Shown here: in pieces, positions 1 through 8,736 of the stretch
Position numbering within the stretch: position 1 is the stretch's first letter
Layout: each line of letters opens with the position of its first letter
Origin: Actinomycetota bacterium
Lineage (GTDB): Bacteria; Actinomycetota; Acidimicrobiia; Acidimicrobiales; Ilumatobacteraceae
DNA: 46,872 nucleotides
NCBI GenBank assembly: GCA_046082625.1
Contig: JBJTYE010000156.1
Coordinates: forward strand, 1-46,872
Reading direction: 5' to 3'
The notes under the pieces: generated by a model
The model's input: the letters and a program-made list of their open reading frames with translations, nothing else
Told to the model about the DNA's origin: nothing
Database searches by the model: none
Translations under genes and position numbers: made by a program

Positions 1-801
1 ATCGAGGATTGCTTCGCGCTCGGCGCGCTCGGTGGGATAGCCGATGGGAAGGTCCAGATCTCGCCACGGCACACGTGGCAACTCCGACTGGGGCGGATCC
101 CAGGGATGATGAGGATCGGGAAAGCTCATCCAGCAGAACCAGTCGCGGTCGGCATCGAGCGAATCGAGCCAGGCGATGGTTCGGTCGGCGACCCAGTCGG
201 TGTGGTACCACTCCCGCGGAATCGGATTGTGGTGGACCTGGGGTGCGCCGGTGTCTCCACCTCCGGCCGCGTTGACCTGGAGTTCCTGATCAACCACTCG
301 ATAGAACATGCCGACCGCTTCGGGATGGTTCCTCAGGATCCATTGTGCGTAATGGAACGAGCCGGCGGCACCGTGCGTGGCGGTCTCCATGTGATCGAAC
401 CCGCGATGAAGATGACCGTCATGTGATTCCTGGTGTCGACCCGACACCGCCAACCGGTTCTCGGTGAATCGCAGGAACGGATCGAGAAAGGGTTCGAAGT
501 GGGCCTTTCCGATGAGAGCCGTCGCATAGCCGGCGTCGTGCAGAGTCGTGGCCACGCTCGGCGCGTCGATCGGCAGGGGAACCCCGTTCATCCAGACTCC
601 GTGGGTGGCCACGTGCTGTCCGGTGATCATGGTGGCCCGTGACGGCATGCAGACCACGCTCTGGGGATGGGCCCGTCGATAGTTGATACCGGTGGCCGCC
701 AACGCGTCGATGTGCGGAGTGCGGGCCACGGCCCCGCCGTTGCAGCCGAGAGCGTCGTAACGCTGTTGGTCGGTGGTGATGAAGAGGATCTTGCGTCCCA
801 T
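1..801 (-). CDS. Formylglycine-dependent sulfatase (arylsulfatase family); 3' end runs off the left edge
   Basis: Absent from the ORF track because there is no stop inside the window. My own reverse translation from ATG 801..799 gives MGRKILFITTDQQRYDALGCNGG...HPQSVVCMPSRATMITGQHV (C-x-P-x-R sulfatase signature) ...LIGKAHFEP. The frame stays open to nt 1. ATGA start/stop overlap with the upstream SRPBCC gene. Confidence 0.85.
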   Translation of the reverse strand, partial: MGRKILFITTDQQRYDALGCNGGAVARTPHIDALAATGINYRRAHPQSVVCMPSRATMITGQHVATHGVWMNGVPLPIDAPSVATTLHDAGYATALIGKAHFEPFLDPFLRFTENRLAVSGRHQESHDGHLHRGFDHMETATHGAAGSFHYAQWILRNHPEAVGMFYRVVDQELQVNAAGGGDTGAPQVHHNPIPREWYHTDWVADRTIAWLDSLDADRDWFCWMSFPDPHHPWDPPQSELPRVPWRDLDLPIGYPTERAEREAILD

Positions 802-1247
802 CAGGGTCTCCCTTTCGACATCAGGTCGCGCAGTGTCTCGAGGGCCTCGCCGGCGGCGCCACCGATGATGAGGGCCATCACGTCCGGACTCATGTCGGTG
901 CCATAGAGAACGCAGCACCGTCGATCTCCGTCAGGGATCACGTCCACCGTTCCGAGGTGCTGGGTGATGATGGGGTTGTTGACGATGCGGTACTGGAACC
1001 GACGCAGAACGTGGTCGAGGGTGACGATGTCCTCTTCGAATTGCAACCCGCTGGCGAGAGTGATCCACCGCTTGGGCCCTTCCACCCGATACGAGGTGAT
1101 CGGAAACCATTCGTGCAGCCGGGCCGGATCCCCCACCAGTTCCCACACCGCCTCGGCCGGGGAGTCGATGAACACATGGCGCCGCACCGTCCCCACCGCC
1201 CGGACTCTAGTTGCGGTCGACTCGATCGAGCCATCCACCGGTTCCAT
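801..1247 (-). CDS. SRPBCC (START / polyketide-cyclase-like) family protein
   Basis: 148-aa ORF of the typical small SRPBCC size, with the pattern FIDSPAEAVWELVGDPARLHEWFP. Its stop overlaps the sulfatase start. The start could be a few codons downstream. Confidence 0.6.
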   Translation of the reverse strand: MEPVDGSIESTATRVRAVGTVRRHVFIDSPAEAVWELVGDPARLHEWFPITSYRVEGPKRWITLASGLQFEEDIVTLDHVLRRFQYRIVNNPIITQHLGTVDVIPDGDRRCCVLYGTDMSPDVMALIIGGAAGEALETLRDLMSKGRP

Positions 1248-1280
1248 GGACTCGGCAGGTCGCCCATGTGCTAGAGAGAC

Positions 1281-3353
1281 ATGACCGGTGTCGTCTTCGG
1301 CGCCGCCGGGACGGGGGACAGCGATGGGGGCATCGTGACGGAGATGAATCGGATCCTGACATCCGGTCGTTCGTCGCTCGTCCAGTTGGCCCCGGCTCTC
1401 GGTCTGATCGCCGTCCAGTTGCTCTTCTTCGGAGTTCCGGCCGGCGCCTGGATGCGGGGCGCAGTCATCGGATTGCTGACGGCCCTTCTGGCCGTGGGCA
1501 TGGCGTTGGTCTATCGGGCCAACCGGGTGATCAACTTCGCTCAGGCGGACCTGGGTTTCGTTCCGACCGTTCTGGCCGTCGGCCTGATCGTGTTCTCCGG
1601 GATGCCCTACGCCTTCGGACTCGCCGTCGGATTGCTCGGCGCCATCGTGCTCGGCGCGGTGGTGGAGTTGGCCATCGTGAGGCGGTTCTCCCGATCACCG
1701 CGACTGGTTCTCACCGTCGCGACCATCGGCATCACCCAGTTGTTGGCGGTGCTGGCACTGCAGATCCCCGAACTCTGGGACGAAGCCGCCGCCTCCCAGC
1801 GCATTCCGGCGCCCTTCGACGCCAAATGGACCATCGGCTCGTTCATCTTGAACGCCAACGACTTCATGGCGGTGATCGTTGCACCCCTGGCCATGATCCT
1901 GGTCGGCCTCTTCCTGTCGCGGACCCGACTCGGGGCCGCGGTGCGGGCTTCGGCCGAACGAAGCGAGCGGGCCTCCCTGCTCGGTATTCCCGTCGGATGG
2001 CTGTCGACCGTGGTCTGGATGTTGGCGGCCGGATTGTCCTACCTCGCTTTGTTCCTGCGCGCCGGGATTCTTGGTGTGCCCCTCGGAAGCGCGCTGTCGC
2101 TCTCCACACTGGTGCTGGCCCTTGCGGCTTTGGTGATCGGACGGTTGCGGCACCTTCCGACCGTGGCCGCCGCCGCGGTCGCACTCGGAATCTTCGAGTA
2201 CGGCGTGCAATGGAATGCGTCGAGTCCGCTTCTCGTGGCCCCCTTCGTCGGCGCGGCGGTCATGATCGCGCTGCTCATGCAGCGGCGCAGTTCGGCTCGC
2301 TCTGACCAGGACGTCCAGATGTCATGGCGATTGGCCGACGAGGTGCGGGACGTTCCTGCCGATGTGGCTCGACTTCCATTGGTCCGGGTGCTTCGATGGG
2401 GAGGATGGGTCGTCGTGGCGGCGACCCTGGTGGTTCTGCCCCTGTGGTTGCGAACCGACCAGATCATCAAGGTCACCGCCATCGCCGTGTACGCCATCAT
2501 CGGAGTGTCGTTGGTGGTCCTCACCGGTTGGGCCGGACAGATCTCGCTCGGACAGTTCGGTTTCGTGGCCGTCGGCGCCGCCGTGAGTGCCAAGTGCACG
2601 TCCGCATGGGACATGGATCTCACCTTGTCGCTCCTGGTGGGCGGCGCCGCCGGAGCCGTTGCGGCCTTCGTCGTCGGACTTCCGGCTCTTCGCTTGCGCG
2701 GTCTGTACCTGGCGGTCACCACCTTGGTCTTCGCTCTGAGCATCACCTCGTGGCTGCTCAACGACCGTTTCTTCGCCTGGATTCCCCGTCGACGGCTCGA
2801 ACGACCACCCCTGCTCGGACGTGTCGACGTCTCGACTCCGGTGCGCTTCTACGTCTATTGCTTGGCGGTGTTGATCCTGGTCCTGGTGGCGGTTCGGGGC
2901 ATCCGACGCAGCCGGACCGGACGGGCCATCCTGGCCTTGCGCGACAACGAGCGGGCCGCGCTGTCCTATGCCGTTCCGGGAACGTCGGTGAAATTGACCG
3001 CCTTCGCCGTATCGGGAGCGATCGCCGGAGTCGGCGGCGGACTGTTCGCCCATCTGAATTTCAGTTTCGATCTGAGCAGTTATGGAGTGGGTCGCAGTCT
3101 GGACGTCTTCACCGCCTCCATCGTCGGCGGGTTGGGATCTTCGTTCGGTGCAGTTCTGGGAGCGGTGTATCTGCGGGGAGTGGAGTGGTTCGTGACCGCT
3201 GCCGAATGGCGGTTCCTGTCGTCGGGTGCGGGAGTGCTGGCCGTCTTGTTGATTCTTCCGGGAGGATTGGCCGCTCTCGTGTTCCGTCTGCGGGACGAGT
3301 CGATTCGCCGAGCCGTCGTCCGCTCGAGGAATGAAGGAGGACCGAATGAGTGA
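1281..3353 (+). CDS. HAAT-family (Liv-type) ABC transporter permease, fused LivH-LivM
   Basis: 690-aa polytopic ORF. The N half has the LivH-like ALVYRANRVINFAQADLG motif; the C half has the LivM-like VLTGWAGQISLGQFGFVAVGAAVSA motif. Precedes the cognate ATPase and binding-protein genes. Confidence 0.85.
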   Translation: MTGVVFGAAGTGDSDGGIVTEMNRILTSGRSSLVQLAPALGLIAVQLLFFGVPAGAWMRGAVIGLLTALLAVGMALVYRANRVINFAQADLGFVPTVLAVGLIVFSGMPYAFGLAVGLLGAIVLGAVVELAIVRRFSRSPRLVLTVATIGITQLLAVLALQIPELWDEAAASQRIPAPFDAKWTIGSFILNANDFMAVIVAPLAMILVGLFLSRTRLGAAVRASAERSERASLLGIPVGWLSTVVWMLAAGLSYLALFLRAGILGVPLGSALSLSTLVLALAALVIGRLRHLPTVAAAAVALGIFEYGVQWNASSPLLVAPFVGAAVMIALLMQRRSSARSDQDVQMSWRLADEVRDVPADVARLPLVRVLRWGGWVVVAATLVVLPLWLRTDQIIKVTAIAVYAIIGVSLVVLTGWAGQISLGQFGFVAVGAAVSAKCTSAWDMDLTLSLLVGGAAGAVAAFVVGLPALRLRGLYLAVTTLVFALSITSWLLNDRFFAWIPRRRLERPPLLGRVDVSTPVRFYVYCLAVLILVLVAVRGIRRSRTGRAILALRDNERAALSYAVPGTSVKLTAFAVSGAIAGVGGGLFAHLNFSFDLSSYGVGRSLDVFTASIVGGLGSSFGAVLGAVYLRGVEWFVTAAEWRFLSSGAGVLAVLLILPGGLAALVFRLRDESIRRAVVRSRNEGGPNE

Positions 3354-6288
3354 TCGCGGTCGGTGGTCCTCGGTGGTCCATCCGGTCCAGGCCTTGCGTC
3401 GCGCCTGTGGTGGCGAAGCGGCCTTTCCGCTGGTGGTGCTCTTCGGTCTCAACGCCGTGGACGAGTTGGATCGGGCGGCGTTCGGCATCCTTCTCCCCGA
3501 GATCCGCGACCATTTCGGCTTGGATCTGAGCACCATGCTCGGCCTGGTGGCCCTGGCGAGCGTGGCCGCTCTGGCCTTGCAGGTTCCCATCGCCCAGTGG
3601 GCGGATCGCTCCCGCCGCATTCCCTTGGTGGTGAGCGGAGCGCTGGTCTGGGCGATCTTTTCCGGACTGACCGGGCTCGCCACCGGGTTGATCGTTCTCA
3701 CCATCGCCCGCAGTGGCTCGTCCTTGGGCAAAGCGGTGATCGATCCGACCCACAATTCCTTGATCGCCGACTACTACCCGATCGAATCCCGCACCAAGGT
3801 GTACTCCATTCACAGAGCGGCCAATGCCGTGGGAAGTTTCCTCGGCCCTCTGGCCGCCGGCCTGCTGGCCTACTCGCTCGGCTGGCGGGCTCCGTTCCTG
3901 ATCTTCACCATCCCCACCGTGATCTTCGCGGTGCTGGCCTTGCGCCTGCGCGAGCCGATCCGCGGCCGCTGGGAACGCCTGGCCACGGGGGCGGCGGCCG
4001 AGATCGTGGACACCGAGGAAGCACCGCCTTCGTTCTCGGAGAGCTGGCGCACCGTGCACAAGGTTCGGTCGCTGAAGCGAGTCTGGTACAGCCTGCCGTT
4101 CCTGGCCACCGGACTGATCGGCTTCGTGACCTTGGCCTCGTTGCTGTACGAGCGCGAGTTCGGCCTGGACGAGCGGGCCCGCGGTGTGGCGGCCGCCATC
4201 GCCGAACCGTTCCAACTGGTCGGCCTGATCGTGGGATCGCGCTGGATCGCCAAGAAGTTCGCCGGCAACGTGGCCGGGCTGACCCGTGTGGGTGGGACGG
4301 TGGCCATCGCCGCCGCCGTGCTGTCGGCGGCGTTCGCGCTGGCCCCCAACATCGTGGTGGCCGTCGCCGTCAATTGCGTGATCTCGGCGGCTCTGGCCAT
4401 TCTCGCTCCGGCGATCTTCGCCAGCTTGTCCTTGGCCATCCCGCCGCGCGCCCGAGCCACGGGATTCTCCGTGGCGTCGCTGTGGGTGATTCCTGGATTG
4501 GGGGTCCTGCCGATCATCGGCTGGGTAGCGGACCAGTTCTCCATTCGCGTCGGCATGTTGGTGATGATTCCGCTGTTCATCATCGGCGGCCTCATTCAGC
4601 GTTCCATCGGCAACGTCATCGCCGATGACATCGCCCAGGTCTGGCAGTCGGCCGCCGCCCGGTCGGAAGCGGTCTACGAGCGCCGACAGGGACGATCGAA
4701 GCTCCTCATCATGCGGGCGGTTCACGCCGGCTACGACGACCGCATGGTGCTCGAAGGTATCGATCTCGATATCGAAGAGGGAGAGATCGTGGCACTGCTC
4801 GGCACCAACGGTGCCGGCAAGAGCACGCTTTTGAAGTGCATCAGCGGCGTGGTCGAAGCCGAACGGGGGGCCATCGTCTTCGATGGTCGCGATATCACCC
4901 ATGCTCCTCCGCACGAGATCGCCGCCCTCGGCATCGTGCAGATGCCCGGGGGAGCCGGAGTGTTCGGCTCCCTGACCGTCCGCGAGAACCTGGAACTGGC
5001 GGGATGGACGAATCGCCGGGATCCGGCCGGTGTGGTGGCCGCCCACGAAGAGGTCCTTCGTATGTTCCCGGTCCTGGCGACCCGCCTCGACGAGCCGGCG
5101 GCGAATCTGTCGGGGGGTCAGCAGCAGATGCTGGCGCTGTCGATGAGTTTCGTCATGCGGCCCCGGGTGCTCCTGGTGGACGAGCTGTCGTTGGGATTGG
5201 CCCCGGTGGTGGTCGGACAGATGCTTCCGGTCATCGAGCGGTTGGCGGCCGATGGAGTCACGGTGGTGCTCGTGGAGCAGAGTGTCAACGTGGCTCTGAC
5301 CATCGCCGAGCGGGCCTACTTCTTGGAACGAGGACGTATCCGATTCTCGGGCCCCACCGCGGAATTGCTGAACCGTCCGGACATTCTGCGATCCGTGTTC
5401 CTGTCCGGAGCCGATGCCGTAGGAGAGACTTCGTCGAGCGTCGGATCATCGTCGAAAGCGGATCACGACTCGACCTCGGTAGGTGATGGCGAAGTGGTTT
5501 TGCAGACCGACGAGATCGTGGCGTCCTTCGGCGGAATCAGGGCCGTGGATCGCGTGTCGATGTCGGTGCGGGCACGCGAAATCGTCGGGATCATCGGTCC
5601 GAACGGCGCCGGGAAGACCACGCTGTTCGATCTGGTGTCCGGGTTCACCGAGTCCCAGAGCGGACGGGTCCACATCGGCGGCCAGGACGTGTCCGGGCTC
5701 GGACCCCATGCTCGGGCCCGTGCCGGACTCGGTCGATCGTTCCAGGACGCGCGGCTCTTCCCGGAGATGACCGTGCGCGAAACCCTGGCGGTGGCCCTGG
5801 AGCGTTGGGTGACGAACAAGAGCGTGCTGGCCGCGGCCATGCACCTGCCCCCGGCATTCGATGCCGAGTCCGCTACGGCGACACGGGTCGACGATCTGAT
5901 CGAACTCATGGGACTGGGTGACGTCGCCACCAGGTTCGTGCGGGAACTCTCCACCGGGACGCGGCGGATCGTGGATCTGGCCTGTCTGGTGGCCCATCGA
6001 CCGAGCATCATCCTTTTGGACGAACCGTCGTCGGGCTTGGCTCAACGTGAAGTGGAGGCCTTGGCGCCGGTGGTGCGGAGATTGCGCACCGAGATGGGGT
6101 CGGCACTGGTCATCATCGAGCACGACATCCCGTTCGTGTCCTCGGTCTCCGATCGTTTGGTCGCTCTCGATCAGGGCCGGGTGATCGCCGATGGACGTCC
6201 GACCGACGTTCTCGCTCATCCGGTGGTGGTCGAGTCGTATCTCGGCACATCCAGTGCCGCAATCGCCCGGTCCGGGCAAGGGGGATAG
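3346..6288 (+). CDS. Fusion protein: MFS-like membrane domain + LivF-type NBD + LivG-type NBD
   Basis: Single uninterrupted ORF. Start moved to ATG 3346 (MSDRGR), which is preceded by AAGGAGG.
- N-terminal ~430 aa are multi-TM with the MFS motif-A-like WADRSRRIPLVVSG.
- NBD1 carries GTNGAGKST / LSGGQQQ / LLVDE.
- A Ser-rich linker follows.
- NBD2 carries GPNGAGKTT / LSTGTRR / ILLDEP and the LivG-like GLGRSFQDARLF. Confidence 0.85.
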   Translation: MSDRGRWSSVVHPVQALRRACGGEAAFPLVVLFGLNAVDELDRAAFGILLPEIRDHFGLDLSTMLGLVALASVAALALQVPIAQWADRSRRIPLVVSGALVWAIFSGLTGLATGLIVLTIARSGSSLGKAVIDPTHNSLIADYYPIESRTKVYSIHRAANAVGSFLGPLAAGLLAYSLGWRAPFLIFTIPTVIFAVLALRLREPIRGRWERLATGAAAEIVDTEEAPPSFSESWRTVHKVRSLKRVWYSLPFLATGLIGFVTLASLLYEREFGLDERARGVAAAIAEPFQLVGLIVGSRWIAKKFAGNVAGLTRVGGTVAIAAAVLSAAFALAPNIVVAVAVNCVISAALAILAPAIFASLSLAIPPRARATGFSVASLWVIPGLGVLPIIGWVADQFSIRVGMLVMIPLFIIGGLIQRSIGNVIADDIAQVWQSAAARSEAVYERRQGRSKLLIMRAVHAGYDDRMVLEGIDLDIEEGEIVALLGTNGAGKSTLLKCISGVVEAERGAIVFDGRDITHAPPHEIAALGIVQMPGGAGVFGSLTVRENLELAGWTNRRDPAGVVAAHEEVLRMFPVLATRLDEPAANLSGGQQQMLALSMSFVMRPRVLLVDELSLGLAPVVVGQMLPVIERLAADGVTVVLVEQSVNVALTIAERAYFLERGRIRFSGPTAELLNRPDILRSVFLSGADAVGETSSSVGSSSKADHDSTSVGDGEVVLQTDEIVASFGGIRAVDRVSMSVRAREIVGIIGPNGAGKTTLFDLVSGFTESQSGRVHIGGQDVSGLGPHARARAGLGRSFQDARLFPEMTVRETLAVALERWVTNKSVLAAAMHLPPAFDAESATATRVDDLIELMGLGDVATRFVRELSTGTRRIVDLACLVAHRPSIILLDEPSSGLAQREVEALAPVVRRLRTEMGSALVIIEHDIPFVSSVSDRLVALDQGRVIADGRPTDVLAHPVVVESYLGTSSAAIARSGQGG

Positions 6289-6290
6289 CC

Positions 6291-8009
6291 ATGCAACCAG
6301 CAAGCAGCACCGGTTCAGGATCCGGCACGTCCGGTTCGCTGAAGAAATGGGGACCACTGGCGGCCATCGCCGTGGTCGCCGCGGCGATCATCGCCGTCGT
6401 GGCCTCATCGGGGGGAGGCGATGACGAGGAGACCGCCGTGTCCAGTCCGGTGGCGTCGACCGAGGCGCCGACCGCGGACGGAGAGTGGCAGTATCCGCTG
6501 TCCTATCCCGAGGCCGAGGAATTGGGGATCGCCGAGACCATCGACTGGGGTGAACGATGCGACACCGAGCGCGGACGCCTGGCGGTGGTCGACTACTTCG
6601 CCCCGTTCTGCATGGCCCCTTTCGAAGGTGACAACGGAGGAGCGACTGCGACCGGAGTCACCGGTGACACCATCACCATCGTCCATTACCAGGGACCCGA
6701 CAACGATCCGGTCATCGCCTACATCACCGATGCCATCAAAGCCGATGACACCAACGCTCAGGAGTTCGACACCGTCGCCAACTTGCTGCCGTATTTCGAG
6801 CGGTACTACGAGTTCTACGGGCGCAAGGTCGAGATCGTGCGGTACGAGAGCACCGGCTTGGCCACCGATGAAGTCACGGCCCGAGCCGACGCCCAACGCA
6901 TCGCCGAGGAATACAGTCCCTTCGCCGTGGTCGGCGGACCGGCTCTGACCAACGCCTTCGCCGACGAACTCGCGGCTCGGGAAATCGTCTGCATCTCGTG
7001 TGGTGGAGGCAGTGCCGAGTGGTTCGCCGAACGCGATCCCTACGTCTGGGGGATCGACGGCAGTGCGGCCCAGAAGCAGGTCCACGTGGCCGAATTCATC
7101 GGCAAGCAGTTGGCCGGCAAGCCGGCCGTGCACGGGGGTGACGAATTCGTGGACACGGTCCGCAAGTTCGGGTACGTCTACGTGGAGGGAAGTTCGGAAT
7201 CCAAGGTCCTCGCCGATCAGATGGTGGAGCGACTGGATGCCGTCGGCGCCCGACCCGTCGAGGTGCTGCCCTATGTTCTCGATCCGGGGAGCATCCAGCA
7301 GACCGCATCCCAGATCATCGCCAAGTTGAAAGCGGCCGGGGTCACCACCGTGATCCTGTCCACCGACCCGGTGGCACCTCGTGACTTCACCCGTGAGGCC
7401 ACCGCCCAGGAATACTTCCCGGAATGGCTGGTCGCCGCGGCCACCCTCACCGACACCGTCGCCTTCGGGCGGTCCTACGATCAGCAGCAGTGGGCCCACG
7501 CCTTCGGCGTGACCAGCCTGGCGGCTCGTATCGATCCGGAGATCAGCGGCATCTACTCGGTCTACAAGTGGTTCACCGGGGAAGAACCACCAGCGAACGA
7601 GTCGATCGGGGTGTTCATGCCGGGCTTCCAGCTGCTCTTCTCGGCCCTGCAGAGCACCGGTCCGAATCTGACGCCTGACACCCTCGCCGCCGCGATCCGC
7701 GGCTTCGAGACGGTCAAGGCCATCACGCAACCCTGGCTCACCTGGGGGGACTGGGGCATCTGGGACACCGCCGACTACAACGGCATCGACGATGCCACGT
7801 TGTTCTGGTGGGATCCGGACGCCGAAGGACCGGACGAGGTGCGCAAGACCGGACGCGGCATGCTCGTCTATCCCGACGGCGGGAAGCGCTACCTGCCCGG
7901 TGAATGGGGAACCGAGGACCGACTCTTCATCGACGAGGGAGCCGTGAGTCTCTACACGACCCCTCCGCCGGGGGAGGAGCCGCCGAGTTATCCGAGTCCG
8001 GCGGGCTGA
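6291..8009 (+). CDS. ABC transporter substrate-binding protein (type I PBP, LivK-like), N-terminally TM-anchored
   Basis: 572-aa ORF starting 3 nt after the ATPase stop, with GGGGGA as a Shine-Dalgarno. N-terminus is KKWGPLAAIAVVAAAIIAVVASSGGGDDEE, a hydrophobic anchor with no lipobox Cys, followed by an acidic linker. Its position in the Liv-type operon supports the call. Confidence 0.7.
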   Translation: MQPASSTGSGSGTSGSLKKWGPLAAIAVVAAAIIAVVASSGGGDDEETAVSSPVASTEAPTADGEWQYPLSYPEAEELGIAETIDWGERCDTERGRLAVVDYFAPFCMAPFEGDNGGATATGVTGDTITIVHYQGPDNDPVIAYITDAIKADDTNAQEFDTVANLLPYFERYYEFYGRKVEIVRYESTGLATDEVTARADAQRIAEEYSPFAVVGGPALTNAFADELAAREIVCISCGGGSAEWFAERDPYVWGIDGSAAQKQVHVAEFIGKQLAGKPAVHGGDEFVDTVRKFGYVYVEGSSESKVLADQMVERLDAVGARPVEVLPYVLDPGSIQQTASQIIAKLKAAGVTTVILSTDPVAPRDFTREATAQEYFPEWLVAAATLTDTVAFGRSYDQQQWAHAFGVTSLAARIDPEISGIYSVYKWFTGEEPPANESIGVFMPGFQLLFSALQSTGPNLTPDTLAAAIRGFETVKAITQPWLTWGDWGIWDTADYNGIDDATLFWWDPDAEGPDEVRKTGRGMLVYPDGGKRYLPGEWGTEDRLFIDEGAVSLYTTPPPGEEPPSYPSPAG

Positions 8010-8677
8010 TCAGCGCCGTCGAGGCACCAATCGATCGGTTCCTGGCCGTGATCCGCGAGCGCCGCGTTGGCTCGGGAGAACGGCCGGGAACCGAAGAATC
8101 CATTGTGAGCCGACAACGGTGACGGATGGGCGGACTCGATGATGGTGTGGCGCGACGCGTCGATGAGGGTGCGCTTCTTGCGCGACGGTGCCCCCCACAA
8201 CATGAACACCACGTGATCGGACTTGGCGTCGACGCAGGAGATGACGCGGTCGGTGAAGCGTTCCCAGCCGCGCCCTTGATGCGATGCGGCGCGTCCGGCG
8301 GCCACCGTCAACGTGGTGTTCAGGAGCAGGACTCCGCGCCGGGCCCATTGTTCGAGACAGCCGTGATCGGGAATCGGACAGCCGAGATCGGTGTGCAGTT
8401 CCTGGAAGATGTTCCGCAACGAGGGCGGGGTCGAGACCCCGGGTCGCACCGAGAAGCACAACCCATGGGCTTGTCCGGGTCCGTGATACGGGTCCTGTCC
8501 GAGAACGACCACTCGGGTGGAGGCGTGCGACGTCAAGTGCAGTGCGGCGAAGACGTCCTCTCGCGGAGGGTGGACCGGACCATTGCGGCGTTCCTCGGCC
8601 ACGAAACTCTGAAGATCCTGCCAGTAGGGCTGATCGAACTCGGAGCGGAGCAACGGGTTCCAGTCCGTGGTGGGCAC
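7988..8677 (-). CDS. ung: Uracil-DNA glycosylase, family 1
   Basis: Near-canonical motifs [33 protein letters not shown] and [13 protein letters not shown]. Start placed at GTG 8677 ([10 protein letters not shown]), giving 229 aa like E. coli Ung. The track ORF extends to 8797, where it would run into the divergent gene. Confidence 0.93.
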   Translation of the reverse strand: [229 protein letters not shown]

Positions 8678-8736
8678 GACGACATTCTGGCGCGGTCGCC
8701 CCACCGGTGAGACCTCGGCCCAATAGCCTGCCGACC

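Noticed and set aside
1265-1274. The 10-mer CATGTGCTAG is shared between the region just upstream of the permease start (1265-1274) and the palindrome region at 30794-30803. I considered it a possible common operator half-site.
   Set aside because: A single shared 10-mer in about 47 kb, counting both strands, is well within chance expectation. The first site is also not palindromic.
3109-5046. A 645-aa minus-strand ORF. Similar long ORFs occur at 2322..3755 (-), 6405..7730 (-), 8533..9882 (-), 18470..19990 (+), 22874..24226 (+) and 25008..26528 (+).
   Set aside because: All lie antisense to, or out of frame with, ORFs carrying strong family motifs. Their translations are Arg/Gly/His/Asp/Pro-rich with no recognisable motif. 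They are typical shadow ORFs of high-GC DNA.
8284-8736. The long N-terminal extensions of several track ORFs: 8284, 9416, 11715, 26968, 28474, 32069, 37656, 38081, 39034, 40517, 41211 and 43855.
   Set aside because: The extensions are Arg/Pro-rich, overlap the preceding real gene, and lie upstream of the point where family homology begins. In-frame ATG/GTG starts giving 1-11 nt overlaps or good Shine-Dalgarno spacing were preferred.
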